Positions 29,511 through 40,244 of a DNA stretch of 61,572 nucleotides are shown here, in pieces. The notes under the pieces were generated by a model. It saw only the letters and a list, made by a program, of their open reading frames with translations. It made no database searches and was not told the origin of the DNA. Every line of letters starts with the position of its first letter. Within the stretch, counting starts at the first letter, position 1. Both the position numbers and the translations under genes were made by a program. The stretch covers positions 1 through 61,572 of the forward strand of contig DATMBG010000033.1 of assembly GCA_035559535.1 (NCBI GenBank), written 5' to 3'. This stretch comes from Candidatus Limnocylindrales bacterium. Lineage in GTDB: Bacteria > Moduliflexota > Moduliflexia > Moduliflexales > JAUQPW01.

Positions 29511-30344
29511 GTGAACCTTAATCCGTTATACCTTAAAAACTTGCATTCCCATCAACTTAAAGAGTATTTAGAAAAACTGTATCAACAGTACAATTCATCT
29601 TTCCTTTCCAACGATCCTTTAGAATTCGTGCACCGATTCCAGGATCCGCGGGATCAGGAAATTGTAGGATTGCTTGCTTCCTGTCTGGCGTATGGAAATG
29701 TAAAACAAATTCGGGCCAGTGTTCAAAAGATTCTGGCCGTTTTGGGAGAAAAGCCGTATCATTATGTTATCACGTTCAATCCAGAATTACAGGGAGCCGA
29801 CTTCGATTCCTTTGTACATCGGTTTACCCAGGGAAAAGATATAGTTTGTCTGGTGTATTTGTTGCAACAGGTTCTCCTGAAGCATGGAAGCCTGGGAAAT
29901 TACTTCCTACAAGGCTATAGTGCCCGGGAGAAAACCATACGGTCTGCTCTAACCCGGTTTGTAGAAGGCTTATTAAGGTTGCCTTTTCCAGGGGGTTATG
30001 TACGGCAGAATCGGATCTCCGAAGGAATCTGGTACCTGCTGCCTTCTCCTGCCGGTGGGAGTGCTTGTAAGCGGTTGAATTTGTTTCTTCGATGGATGGT
30101 TCGCCGGGGAGATCAGCTAGATTTGGGACTGTGGGTAGAGGTTTCACCCCGTCAATTGGTAGTCCCCCTGGATGTTCACGTAGGAAGAATAGCCAGGAAC
30201 CTGGGTCTTACAACCCGAAAAACAGAGGATTGGAAAACGGCTGAGGAAATTACAGATCGTTTAAGAATGTTCGATCCAGAAGATCCGGTTAAATATGATT
30301 TTGCCCTCTCCCATATGGGGATCTCAGGAGATTTGATATTATGA
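29511..30344 (+). CDS. TIGR02757/DUF2400 family protein
   Basis: DPLEFVHRF, LAYGNV, SACKRLNLFLRWMVR, PLDVHV, DPVKYDFAL. Confidence 0.93.
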   Translation: MNLNPLYLKNLHSHQLKEYLEKLYQQYNSSFLSNDPLEFVHRFQDPRDQEIVGLLASCLAYGNVKQIRASVQKILAVLGEKPYHYVITFNPELQGADFDSFVHRFTQGKDIVCLVYLLQQVLLKHGSLGNYFLQGYSAREKTIRSALTRFVEGLLRLPFPGGYVRQNRISEGIWYLLPSPAGGSACKRLNLFLRWMVRRGDQLDLGLWVEVSPRQLVVPLDVHVGRIARNLGLTTRKTEDWKTAEEITDRLRMFDPEDPVKYDFALSHMGISGDLIL

Positions 30345-30721
30345 AGATAAGGAAATATTCTCTCATAATCTTTATAGGATTGGTAGGGGGTGGGATAATG
30401 CCGATCTTCTCTGGAATCACAACGCAGGCCCTATCCGCCGAGCGAAGAGCCACCCATCGACCTCATATTGATCCCTCGACGGCCCGAATGGTGGGATTTG
30501 TTATTCTCCCCAATAAGGAACGAAGAGCGATTATCGATGCAGGAGAAAATAAACCGTATATTTTTAAACTTGGGGATGAAGTCATCCTGAGGAATGAATC
30601 GGCCAGAGTAGTAGAAATCACCGAAGATCAACTTGTTTTCGAGATAGAACCAACGGGAGGAAGTAACAAAGTACGAAAAACTTTGATAATTACCTCCCCG
30701 GAAACCGCGAGCAATCCCTAG
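30341..30721 (+). CDS. exported hypothetical protein
   Basis: ATGA overlap with upstream gene; signal/TM segment; beta-rich domain. Confidence 0.7.
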   Translation: MKIRKYSLIIFIGLVGGGIMPIFSGITTQALSAERRATHRPHIDPSTARMVGFVILPNKERRAIIDAGENKPYIFKLGDEVILRNESARVVEITEDQLVFEIEPTGGSNKVRKTLIITSPETASNP

Positions 30722-30764
30722 AACGTATGGAGATTTCAGTTTCTCGTGTATCCAGGAAAATCTT

Positions 30765-32174
30765 ATGAAGATAAGAACTCGATTTGCACCCAGCCCCACC
30801 GGACATTTGCATATCGGTGGGGCCAGAACAGCCCTTTTTAACTGGCTTTTTGCCCGTAAAAATCAAGGAATTTTCCTTTTAAGGATTGAAGATACAGACG
30901 TAGAAAGATCCACCCTGGAATCCGTGCAGGGGATTCTGGATGGATTGAAATGGTTAGGTTTAATCTGGGATGAAGGACCGTATTATCAATCTCAACGGCT
31001 TGAACTTTATCAACACCACGTACAACAGCTCTTACAGGCCGGAAAAGCGTACCGCTGCTACTGTACTCCTGAAGAACTGGAAGCGAAAAGAAAGCAGGCC
31101 CTTCAAGAAGGAAAACCTCTCCGATATGACGGTAAGTGTAGGGAATTGAAGGAAGAGCCTATAGGAAAACCCTTTGCCATTCGATTCAAAGCTCCCCAAA
31201 CGGGCCGTATCCTTATTCAGGATCTAATTCGAGGTCCGATCACCTATGAGGTGACCGAGCTGGACGATCTCATTATTCAGCGCTCCGATGGAATGCCGAC
31301 GTATAATTTCTGCGTGGTTGTAGACGATGTGACCATGGAAATTACCCATGTAATTCGGGGAGACGATCACTTAAATAATACCCCCCGACAGATTTTACTT
31401 TATGAAGCATTTGGGTATCCCATACCCCAATTTGCCCATGTTCCCATGATTTTAGGCCCGGATAAAACCCGACTCAGTAAAAGACATGGAGCCACTTCGG
31501 TCCTCGCCTATCGGGAAATGGGCTACCTCCCCCAGGCCCTGGTGAATTATCTGGTTCGATTAGGATGGTCCTACGGAGATCAGGAGATCTTTTCGGTACC
31601 GGAATTAATCGAAAAGTTCTCTCTGGAAAATGTAGGTAAAGCCCCGGCGGTTTTTAACCCGGAAAAACTCCTCTGGCTAAACCACCATTATATTAAAGCG
31701 ACGGAACCGGCCGAGTTAGCAAGGTTGCTCATTCCCTTTCTGGAAAAGAAGGGTTTTAAGGTGGAGGAAGGACCCTGGCTAACCCGAGTGGTACAAACAC
31801 TCCAGGAACGGAGCAAGACTCTGGTGGAGATGGCAGACCGGGCAGAATTTTATTTTCAGGAAACGATTCCTTATCAGGAAAAGGTCGTACAGAAATTTTT
31901 TAGGAAGGAAACGGTGGAAGCGCTACAGGAATTAATCCGGGACCTGGAACAGTTGGAATCTTTTGAAGAAAAAGAACTTGAGAAGATTTTCCGGAATATA
32001 ATAGACCGAAAGGGACTCAAATTGGCAGATATTGCCCAGCCCGTTCGCATTGCTTTAACAGGTGGAACCGCAAGTCCAGGACTCTTTGAGATCATGGCGA
32101 TCTTGGGAAAAGAACGGGTGCTAAAGCGGATAAAACAGGTTATTGAATTTTTTTATTCCCATCTGAATAGATAA
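30765..32174 (+). CDS. gltX: glutamate--tRNA ligase
   Basis: [24 protein letters not shown]. Confidence 0.98.
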   Translation: MKIRTRFAPSPTGHLHIGGARTALFNWLFARKNQGIFLLRIEDTDVERSTLESVQGILDGLKWLGLIWDEGPYYQSQRLELYQHHVQQLLQAGKAYRCYCTPEELEAKRKQALQEGKPLRYDGKCRELKEEPIGKPFAIRFKAPQTGRILIQDLIRGPITYEVTELDDLIIQRSDGMPTYNFCVVVDDVTMEITHVIRGDDHLNNTPRQILLYEAFGYPIPQFAHVPMILGPDKTRLSKRHGATSVLAYREMGYLPQALVNYLVRLGWSYGDQEIFSVPELIEKFSLENVGKAPAVFNPEKLLWLNHHYIKATEPAELARLLIPFLEKKGFKVEEGPWLTRVVQTLQERSKTLVEMADRAEFYFQETIPYQEKVVQKFFRKETVEALQELIRDLEQLESFEEKELEKIFRNIIDRKGLKLADIAQPVRIALTGGTASPGLFEIMAILGKERVLKRIKQVIEFFYSHLNR

Positions 32175-32397
32175 ACGGGAACAGAAACCTATACACTTTG
32201 CTTTTTAGGCCTGAAACATTTAAATTAAATAAAATATAAAATCCTGAATGAATCAGAGGGTTAAGCGAAAAAGCACCATTGTCTTCAGATAAACGCATTT
32301 AACCCCCGTTAATTTTAAACCAGGGAAAAACAGACGGATATCTCCTAAACATAAAAAATTAAGAAGAAAATAAATTAAGAAAGGAGTTTTTACAATT

Positions 32398-34098
32398 ATG
32401 AGTACAACCGATTTTACTCCTCCTCCTAACTTTATTCGGGATATCATCGTGAAAGATTTGGAGACCAACAAGTATGGAGGCCGTGTGGCGACCCGATTTC
32501 CACCGGAACCCAACGGTTACTTGCATATCGGACACGCCAAATCCATCTGTCTTAATTTTGGTCTTGCCGCCGAATTTGGTGGGGTTTGTCATTTGAGGTT
32601 CGATGATACCGATCCTACTAAAGAAAGTATCGAGTATGTTGAATCGATTAAATCGGATGTTCGATGGCTTGGATTCGATTGGGGAGATCATCTGTACTAT
32701 GCTTCGGATTACTTTGAGAAGCTATACGAGTATGCCGTACAACTAATTAAAAAAGGTAAAGCGTACGTTGATAGTCTTAGTGCAGAGGAAATCAGAGAAT
32801 ATCGGGGTACTTTAACGGAACCCGGTAGGGAAAGCCCATATCGGAATCGTTCGGTAGAAGAGAATCTGGATTTGTTCCGGCGCATGCGGGCAGGAGAATT
32901 CGAAGACGGAACCCATGTTCTTCGGGCAAAGATCGATATGGCCTCTCCCAACCTGCTTATGCGAGATCCGGTTCTCTATCGTATTAGACGGGTAACCCAT
33001 TACAGAACCGGGGACCAGTGGTGTATCTATCCCATGTATGACTTTGCTCATTGTCTTTCAGATTCCATTGAACGCATCACCCATTCTATCTGTACCCTGG
33101 AATTTGAAAATAATCGCCCGTTATATGACTGGATACTTAATGAGTTGAATGTTGAATGGCATCCTCAGCAAATCGAGTTCGCCCGCCTTAATCTTAGCTA
33201 TACGGTAATGAGTAAGAGAAAGCTTCTAGAATTAGTGGAGCAAGGATATGTTACCGGTTGGGATGATCCCCGGATGCCTACCCTGGCAGGTTTAAGAAGG
33301 CGTGGTTACACACCAGAGGCTATCCGGAACTTTTGTGAACGTATCGGAGTGGCCAAACGCGATAGTCTTGTTGATATTGCTCTGCTTGAGCATTGTATCC
33401 GGGAGGACTTGAATAAGCGGGCTCCACGGGTTATGGCCGTGTTGAAGCCGCTTAGGGTTGTGATTGTTAACTATCCGGAAAACCAGGTGGAAGAGTTGGA
33501 GGCTTTAAACAATCCGGAAGATCTGAGTATGGGGTCCAGAAAGGTTCCTTTCTCGCGGGTGCTGTATATCGAACGGGATGATTTTCGTGAAAACCCCCCG
33601 AAAGAGTTCTTCCGATTGGCTCCAGGTCGTGAGGTACGCCTGCGATATGCTTACTATATCACCTGCGTAGACGTGATTAAGGATGAACGAACCGGCGAAG
33701 TGATCGAACTTCGCTGTACCTATGATCCCAAAACCCGAGGGGGTGGATCTCCAGATGGACGTAAGGTTAAAGCAACTTTACATTGGGTCTCGGCGCCCCA
33801 TTCTCTGGAAGCCGAAGTACGTTTATATGATCATCTCTTTCTAAAACCAAACCCCAGCGATGAAGAAGATGGTTTAGATTTTAAAGCGCATTTGAATCCG
33901 AACTCATTGATCACATTGAAATCATGTCGGATAGAACCCAGTCTGGCAGGTGCGGTACCCGGAAGTCATTATCAGTTCGAGAGGCAGGGCTATTTTTGCG
34001 TTGACCCTGATTCTTCCTCTAAAACCCTCGTCTTTAATCGAACAGTAGCACTGCGAGATTCATGGGCTAAGATCGAGAAAGCTCTGCAAGGAAAGTAA
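32398..34098 (+). CDS. glnS: glutamine--tRNA ligase
   Basis: [33 protein letters not shown]. Confidence 0.98.
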   Translation: MSTTDFTPPPNFIRDIIVKDLETNKYGGRVATRFPPEPNGYLHIGHAKSICLNFGLAAEFGGVCHLRFDDTDPTKESIEYVESIKSDVRWLGFDWGDHLYYASDYFEKLYEYAVQLIKKGKAYVDSLSAEEIREYRGTLTEPGRESPYRNRSVEENLDLFRRMRAGEFEDGTHVLRAKIDMASPNLLMRDPVLYRIRRVTHYRTGDQWCIYPMYDFAHCLSDSIERITHSICTLEFENNRPLYDWILNELNVEWHPQQIEFARLNLSYTVMSKRKLLELVEQGYVTGWDDPRMPTLAGLRRRGYTPEAIRNFCERIGVAKRDSLVDIALLEHCIREDLNKRAPRVMAVLKPLRVVIVNYPENQVEELEALNNPEDLSMGSRKVPFSRVLYIERDDFRENPPKEFFRLAPGREVRLRYAYYITCVDVIKDERTGEVIELRCTYDPKTRGGGSPDGRKVKATLHWVSAPHSLEAEVRLYDHLFLKPNPSDEEDGLDFKAHLNPNSLITLKSCRIEPSLAGAVPGSHYQFERQGYFCVDPDSSSKTLVFNRTVALRDSWAKIEKALQGK

Positions 34099-34127
34099 AG
34101 AAGAAGGACGGGAGCAGGGAAGGAGCG

Positions 34128-34223
34128 GGGGGTATGGGAGTATGGGAGTATGGGGGTGTGGGAGTATGGAAGTGGGGAAGTATATGAGAATCTACATCCA
34201 TACTCCCATACCCCCATACTCCC
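34128..34223. repeat. octamer tandem repeats with inverted counterpart
   Basis: (GTATGGGA)n-like array followed by (TCCCATAC)n-like array. Confidence 0.75.
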
Positions 34224-34243
34224 TTTCCTTCCTGGTTTAAAAG

Positions 34244-35047
34244 ATGCGGAATATAAAATTTATTCTTCTCGTTATTATTTTATCAGGTTTTGTCGTTTTA
34301 GGCCTGGCAGGATCCGAGGATAAAAAAGATCTGGAAGAGCTGAAGGCCAATCAACAGGCTATTCTCCAAAGGTTAGAAAAGCTGGAAAAGGGACAGGAAG
34401 AGATTACCTCCCTACAAAAGGAGATTTTGGCGAAACTGGATCACATTATTCGGGAAGAGGCTTCTGTTTTTCCTCCGCTTCGCAAAGCACTGGAAGCCAG
34501 AGAAGCTAACGAAGTTGATTACTCGAAAGTATATACCATTCCCCTTGGGAATTCGCCTGTAAAAGGACCGGATTCGGCTTCCATTACCATTGTGGAATTC
34601 TCAGACTTTCAATGTCCTTTCTGTAATCGGGCCACCCATGTGGTGGATCAGGTTTTAAAAACCTACCCCGATAAAATTAAATTTGTCTACAAACAGTTTC
34701 CTATTCCCAGTCTTCATGAACATGCTATAAACGCTTCTAAAGCCTCGCTGGCTGCCCATAAACAGGGGAAGTTTTGGGAGATGCATGATCTCCTGTTTAA
34801 GAATTCCCCAGAACTCCAGGAGGAAAAGCTCATGGAGTATGCACAAAGCTTAAATTTAGACATGGAGCAATTCAAAAAAGATTATGCCTCGCCAGAGATA
34901 GAAGAAGAGCTACAAGAGGACATGAAGTTGGGAGAAGAAGTAGAGATTCGGGGAACCCCGACTTTCTTTGTAAATGGGAAACGATTACCTTCCTGGTCCT
35001 TTGACACTTTCCAGAAGGCTATTGAAGGGGAATTGGATAAAAAATAA
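34244..35047 (+). CDS. DsbA-family thioredoxin-fold protein
   Basis: Signal peptide, coiled coil, EFSDFQCPFC, GTPTFFVNG. Confidence 0.93.
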   Translation: MRNIKFILLVIILSGFVVLGLAGSEDKKDLEELKANQQAILQRLEKLEKGQEEITSLQKEILAKLDHIIREEASVFPPLRKALEAREANEVDYSKVYTIPLGNSPVKGPDSASITIVEFSDFQCPFCNRATHVVDQVLKTYPDKIKFVYKQFPIPSLHEHAINASKASLAAHKQGKFWEMHDLLFKNSPELQEEKLMEYAQSLNLDMEQFKKDYASPEIEEELQEDMKLGEEVEIRGTPTFFVNGKRLPSWSFDTFQKAIEGELDKK

Positions 35048-35054
35048 ATAGCCC

Positions 35055-35083
35055 TTGACAGTCTGATGAGAAGAAATTATATT
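35055..35083 (+). promoter_or_regulatory. sigma-70 promoter of tRNA-Gln
   Basis: TTGACA-17 nt-TATATT. Confidence 0.75.
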
Positions 35084-35098
35084 TTTGCAGATCCTTGT

Positions 35099-35171
35099 TG
35101 AGGAGTAGATCAATTGGTAGATCACCTGACTCTGGATCAGGGGGTTGCAGGTTCGAGCCCTGCCTCCTCAG
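35099..35171 (+). tRNA. tRNA-Gln(CTG)
   Basis: Acceptor TGAGGAG/CTCCTCA, anticodon arm CCTGA-CT CTG GA-TCAGG, GTTCGAG T-loop; CCA not encoded. Confidence 0.95.
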
Positions 35172-35225
35172 TTATAATTTTAAGTTTCTGCCACGGGCTA
35201 TCATTTCACTTACAAAATTCGATTG

Positions 35226-35259
35226 AAACCCTTATCCTTTTTCTATGAGGGTTTTTTTG
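35226..35259 (+). terminator. intrinsic terminator
   Basis: AAACCCTTAT...ATGAGGGTTT followed by a T-run. Confidence 0.6.
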
Positions 35260-35267
35260 TCTGAAAT

Positions 35268-36026
35268 CTAGAAGATGGCACGCGGCAGATAACCCTCCAA
35301 AGCTTCCAACGTTGTCGTGTAGTGAATGACCTTCTCTTCAATTTCACAAGCCGGAGGTGTCTGACCACCCTCTTGATCCCAAATCCGCTGAATTGCAGCA
35401 TCTCGGAATTGTACCCAATTCGGATCGTCCGAAGCTATTTTTTTGATCTGTTGGAGAATTTTTTGAATGGTTTCTTCATCTAAATCCGGTGAGAACTCGA
35501 CAAGGATCCCATCCTTGTCCTGAAGAGCTTTCAGGGTTCGTTGGATCTCCTTTTCTGAGGAGATTTTCCAGCTCCAGATTACAGGGACGCAGTCTTCCAG
35601 ATTCTCTAGCCACTTCGGGTCTATTTGATCCTTTTGGTGCCAGGGGAGCACGATCACAAATTGAGTGGAATAGATGATATTTTCTTCATAAGAGGAAAAT
35701 AAGTAATATCGATTCAAGAAGTGATCTGGATTGGAGACATAGACCAGAAGTTCCTCCAAAATTTCAACGGGGAAGGGGGTTTCGGTCTCCAGGACTATGC
35801 TAAAGATTCCATGGGGATTTGCCTGTACAAGAGGAGAGAGAAAAGCTTCTATCAAGCTGGCTTCGGAAGAAAGGTTTTGGCATTTAAACCAGGCCGTGAA
35901 ACAGTTGGCAATATGAGTTTTTAAGTTTTCGGCCAGGTTTTTCATTTGAGAAGGGGTTTGGATCTGGCCATCCAGCTTAAGGATCACCTTCGTAACCGGG
36001 TAGTTCATAGGGCTATCGAACAGCAT
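35268..36026 (-). CDS. hypothetical protein, possibly the detached C-terminal domain of the upstream radical SAM enzyme
   Basis: 252-aa ORF overlapping the upstream gene by 14 nt; no obvious SD. Confidence 0.65.
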   Translation of the reverse strand: MLFDSPMNYPVTKVILKLDGQIQTPSQMKNLAENLKTHIANCFTAWFKCQNLSSEASLIEAFLSPLVQANPHGIFSIVLETETPFPVEILEELLVYVSNPDHFLNRYYLFSSYEENIIYSTQFVIVLPWHQKDQIDPKWLENLEDCVPVIWSWKISSEKEIQRTLKALQDKDGILVEFSPDLDEETIQKILQQIKKIASDDPNWVQFRDAAIQRIWDQEGGQTPPACEIEEKVIHYTTTLEALEGYLPRAIF

Positions 36027-37404
36027 GGAAGGGTTTCAGAGAGCTTTTATACTTGATTTTTTGATTCAAAGGTCTATTTAACCCATTTTGGCCTGTATAG
36101 GTTGTCAGGGAGGGTAACTGAATGGGGTCAATATCAACCCCAAGCCGTTCTGCGCAATATTCTTGGGCTTTGCGAAGATCGGTCCCGGACATGGTTTCGG
36201 TTTCCAGCACATAGTAGGGGGGTTCCGCCTGGTATTTTAACCCCAGTTTCTCAGCATTAGCCCGGAGAACAGTTCCTGGAAGAACGCTTAGATTGTAAGC
36301 TTCTACTTCAGAATAAGCTTCATGGTCGATGAGAAAATCAACGGTTTCTGCAATGGTTGAAAAAGTATCTCCAGGCAACCCTATGATAAGTCCCACGGTG
36401 ACCTGGATATTTCGATCTTTCAGGAGGTGGACACCCTTTAAAAATCGTTCCAGATTGTTTCGCCGACCTACTTTTTTTAAAGCTTCCGGGTTAATGCTTT
36501 GTAAACCGACCTCCACACTTTTAAAATTACATCTTTTAAATAGATCGGCCATTTTTTCATCGACCAGATCGGCTCGAATCTCGGTATGAAAATATAAAGA
36601 TCTGTCTGGATTGTGCCTTTGAATAACTTCGCCTACCTGCTCGAGGTCTTTACGATCATTAAACGTTGGATCCATGATATATATCTCACGAACCCCATTT
36701 TTACGGGCATAATCTACATGCTGTGCTAGACGTTCCAGGGGGAAGGCCAGAGTATTGGTAAACATTTTATAATAATAGCAATATTGGCAATGGAATCTAC
36801 ACCCTCGAACCGTTTCAATCCACATGGAACGATCTCGGGAAGGGCCAATAATACCCTTAAGATAAGGGGAGGGAATTTCTGCCAGATCGGAAATAGAAAC
36901 ACGGGGGGAAGTCATAATCAGGCGGTCTCCTTCTCTGAAAAAAAGTCCGCGAATCTCAGGAAGTCGGGGAATTCCTTTGCTAAAATGTCTGAGAAGTTCT
37001 ACAAAGGTCCTCTCTCCTTCGTTGATAACGCCTATATCGATTACCGGATGAGACAAAATGTAAGGATTATCCGGGGTTATCTCGGGTCCTCCCACTACTA
37101 CTTTCAGGCGAGGAAGTCGTTTTTTGAGTTCTCCAGCAATGTACAAACTTCGGGTTACATTCCAGCAATAACAGGTTATTCCTAACATATCGATATCTTG
37201 ATTTGCAATCTTGTCAATTAACCCGGCGTCCCCTAACAAATCTGCTGTATCAGGGTCCAGGATTTCTACATCTACCTCGTCCAAGAGCCCTTCCTGGGCA
37301 GCCATGGCTTTTAAATAACCTGCTGCGAGCGGAATATTTGCTCGGATTCCACCGAAATTAAACTGGTGGACCGGTAATTGCATAAGAAGAATCTTAACTC
37401 CCAT
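36013..37404 (-). CDS. cobalamin-binding radical SAM protein
   Basis: PLAAGYLKA, VGGPEI, EGE, ETVRGCRFHCQYC, GLPGD. Confidence 0.93.
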   Translation of the reverse strand: MGVKILLMQLPVHQFNFGGIRANIPLAAGYLKAMAAQEGLLDEVDVEILDPDTADLLGDAGLIDKIANQDIDMLGITCYCWNVTRSLYIAGELKKRLPRLKVVVGGPEITPDNPYILSHPVIDIGVINEGERTFVELLRHFSKGIPRLPEIRGLFFREGDRLIMTSPRVSISDLAEIPSPYLKGIIGPSRDRSMWIETVRGCRFHCQYCYYYKMFTNTLAFPLERLAQHVDYARKNGVREIYIMDPTFNDRKDLEQVGEVIQRHNPDRSLYFHTEIRADLVDEKMADLFKRCNFKSVEVGLQSINPEALKKVGRRNNLERFLKGVHLLKDRNIQVTVGLIIGLPGDTFSTIAETVDFLIDHEAYSEVEAYNLSVLPGTVLRANAEKLGLKYQAEPPYYVLETETMSGTDLRKAQEYCAERLGVDIDPIQLPSLTTYTGQNGLNRPLNQKIKYKSSLKPFHAVR

Positions 37405-37565
37405 ACGTTAGTAAAATAGAAAGAAAAAAGAAGGACGTCAATAACGTTCTTTTTAATGATTTAAAGGGGTAGCTAACTTGACAAAACGACTTTTTCGCCT
37501 ATATTATAAGTATTTATTTAACCAGCCGTTAATTCTAATTCTCAGCATCAAGGAGGAGAAGATTC

Positions 37566-37925
37566 ATGAAAGGTGACATCAACAAAATACGTGAGCTACT
37601 ACTTACCCAAAAGCAAGAGATTCTTAGCAAGATTCAAACAGGTAAAGATGAAGAGGAGCTGACAGCCTCCAATCGAGGGGATTATGTAGATATTGCAACC
37701 GATGGACTGGCCCATGAACTCAGCTACATGTTTGAAGAAAGGGAAAAAGAAAAACTCAAACTCATCGATGAAACCTTAGAAAGTATTGGGCAGGGTACTT
37801 ATGGGGAGTGCCTGGAGTGTGGCGATGAAATTGAATTTGAAAGGCTTCTGGCATTGCCTTTTGCCAAGTTATGCTTGGATTGTAAGTCAAGGGAAGAACG
37901 AAGAAGTAAAATTCCTATTGGTTAA
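37566..37925 (+). CDS. TraR/DksA C4 zinc-finger protein
   Basis: GDYVDIA, YGECLECG, ERLLALPFAKLCLDCK; SD AAGGAGG; TTGACA promoter at 37478. Confidence 0.93.
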   Translation: MKGDINKIRELLLTQKQEILSKIQTGKDEEELTASNRGDYVDIATDGLAHELSYMFEEREKEKLKLIDETLESIGQGTYGECLECGDEIEFERLLALPFAKLCLDCKSREERRSKIPIG

Positions 37926-37998
37926 ATAAGTTCACTTTATGGAACTACGGCATGAAATAACCCCTCACTCCAAGGAGCCAAGGAGCTGGCAATCTCTG

Positions 37999-38424
37999 TT
38001 AGAGGGGCGAAGCCGGTTTTGGGATAAGGCAGGTAGACTCTCCGGATAGTACAAGGGTTCCATCCGATCTTTTACAAGTGGTTTTAAGCTTAATCCGATA
38101 GGTAGTCTCGTTTTTTTCTAAGACTTCTACCTCCGCGGTGATTGTATCTCCAATCCTTACAGGAGATAGAAACTTTAAGTTTTGAGATACATGAACCCCC
38201 CCATCACCCAATAATTGGGTCAGTGGATTCGTTAAGAGGCTCGCCGTTAACATCCCATGCACGACCCGACCTTTAAACATGGAGCGACGGGCGAATTCTT
38301 CATCCACATGGAGGGGGTTCATATCTCCTGTAATTCCTACAAAAAAACCGATATCTACTTCGGTAAGAGTTTTTGTAAAGCTTCGTTTTTCTCCTATCTG
38401 AATATCTTTAAATTCCCGTTTCGT
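37999..38424 (-). CDS. MaoC/PhaJ-like (R)-hydratase, apparent ACG start
   Basis: GDMNPLHVDEEFA, HGML; frame continues 34 codons upstream of the ORF-track start to ACG 38424, preceded by SD AGGGAG. Confidence 0.85.
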   Translation of the reverse strand, partial: TKREFKDIQIGEKRSFTKTLTEVDIGFFVGITGDMNPLHVDEEFARRSMFKGRVVHGMLTASLLTNPLTQLLGDGGVHVSQNLKFLSPVRIGDTITAEVEVLEKNETTYRIKLKTTCKRSDGTLVLSGESTCLIPKPASPL

Positions 38425-38525
38425 AGCTCTTTCTCCCTGCTATTTTTAGAAATCAGAATCCAGAAAGGTTATTCTGAAAACTGATTTCCGATTTCTAAAT
38501 TCTGACTCCTGGCTTTGGAGTCACG

Positions 38526-39965
38526 TCACGATGCTCTTTCCTGTCGTGCTTTTTCCAGTTCCTCCCATAACTTTACATGATGGGTCTCAGGAATGTACAG
38601 AGAGCCGATGACAAAAGTCATAATTGCAACGATAATGGGGTAAATAAGACCTGCATAGATATTACCTGTAGCGGTAACAATATAGGTGGCGATAAACGGA
38701 GTAAGTCCCCCAAACCAGCCATTTCCGAAGTGGTAAGGTACTGACATGGAAGTATATCGAATTCTGGTTGGAAAGAGTTCTACCAGGAAGGCAGCAATAG
38801 GACCATACACCATGGTTACATAGATGACCTGGATCAGTATGAGGAGCGTCAACATGATCACGTCAGGATGAACCGCTTCCACAACGGCTGGGGTGATCAC
38901 CTTACCGGTAGCATCTACAACTGCCTCTTTGATAACAGCAGTAGGGCCGGCAAAGTAGTGCATCCCATAGTAAATGGGAAAGTAAGTCAGTGCAGCAATC
39001 AAACAACCCCACATCATAATCTTTTTTCGTCCAATCTTGTCGGATAAAGCCCCAAATACAATGAAAAATGGGGTACCCAGGGCCAGTGCAACGGCTACGA
39101 TGATGTTCGCAGTGACAAAGTTTACTTTAAGTACGGTCTGTAAAAAGAACAGAGCATAAAACTGACCGGTATACCAGACAACGGCTTGACCGGCCGTAGC
39201 ACCTAGTAGGGCTAAGAGCATCAATTTACGGTTCTCCGGGTTACGGAAGGTTTCTGTAAGCGGTTGTCGAGAAGTTTTACCTGCGGCTTTCATCCCAGCA
39301 AATAAAGGGGATTCCTTTAATCTGATACGAATGTAATAAGACATTGCAACCAGTAGAATGGACAGAATAAATGGGATACGCCAGCCCCAGGCTTTAAAAG
39401 CGGCTTCACCCATGGAAAGTCGGGTGATCAAAATAACCCCCAGGGATAAAAATAAGCCCAATGTGGCTGTTGTTTGGATGTAACTGGTATAATAACCGCG
39501 CTTATTGTCGGGTGAGTGCTCGGCTATGTAAGTGGCTGCGCCACCGTATTCCCCGCCTAAGGCAAGACCCTGGAGCAACCTGAGCGTAACCAAAATAATA
39601 GGGGCCAGAATCCCTATATGGTTATAGGTAGGTAAAAGACCGATAATGGTGGTTGCTCCCCCCATAATTAGTAAGGTTAAGAGAAAAGCATATTTCCGCC
39701 CTATGAGATCCCCTATACGACCAAAAACAACCGCACCGAAAGGTCTAACCAGGAAACCAGTCGCAAAGGTAGCTAATAAAACAAGAAATTGAACAGCAGG
39801 ATCCCCGGGTGGATAGAACAACGGAGCAATAATCGTACCCAGGCTACCAAAAATGTAAAAATCATACCACTCAATAACGGTTCCGGCTGAGGAGGCCGCT
39901 ATTACTTGCCAGAGTTTGTAGTCTCTCACCATCGTTTCATAGGACCCATCTTTTTCTTGACTCAT
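38526..39965 (-). CDS. MFS transporter, MHS family
   Basis: GTVIEWYDFYIFG, GRIGDLIGRK, QGLALGGEYGGA, WGWRIPF. Confidence 0.95.
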   Translation of the reverse strand: MSQEKDGSYETMVRDYKLWQVIAASSAGTVIEWYDFYIFGSLGTIIAPLFYPPGDPAVQFLVLLATFATGFLVRPFGAVVFGRIGDLIGRKYAFLLTLLIMGGATTIIGLLPTYNHIGILAPIILVTLRLLQGLALGGEYGGAATYIAEHSPDNKRGYYTSYIQTTATLGLFLSLGVILITRLSMGEAAFKAWGWRIPFILSILLVAMSYYIRIRLKESPLFAGMKAAGKTSRQPLTETFRNPENRKLMLLALLGATAGQAVVWYTGQFYALFFLQTVLKVNFVTANIIVAVALALGTPFFIVFGALSDKIGRKKIMMWGCLIAALTYFPIYYGMHYFAGPTAVIKEAVVDATGKVITPAVVEAVHPDVIMLTLLILIQVIYVTMVYGPIAAFLVELFPTRIRYTSMSVPYHFGNGWFGGLTPFIATYIVTATGNIYAGLIYPIIVAIMTFVIGSLYIPETHHVKLWEELEKARQERAS

Positions 39966-40244
39966 ATGATAGTCTCCTAGAAAAAACAAATTTTATTTTT
40001 AGATCTTTTTTCACCTGACTTCTCTCAGAGTCCCCTTTATTTCATCTAAAAATTTTCTTGTCAAGAAAAACTTTCCCTCCATCCAAAAATTTACCTGAAG
40101 AATAAATTCTGTAGGTTACTGGACTTTTTTATTGACGAAATGCCTGTTCACTTTGTAATATTTGAAGGATAAAAAATTTTTTAATAAATTGAAATCTCCA
40201 ACACTCGACCGACTTTTAGAATTCCTGATCTAAGAAGGTGGTCT

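Noticed and set aside
36036-36038. TGA three codons upstream of the 35268-36026 ORF as selenocysteine
   Set aside because: Lies inside the radical SAM coding sequence in another frame, with no redox motif or SECIS-like hairpin
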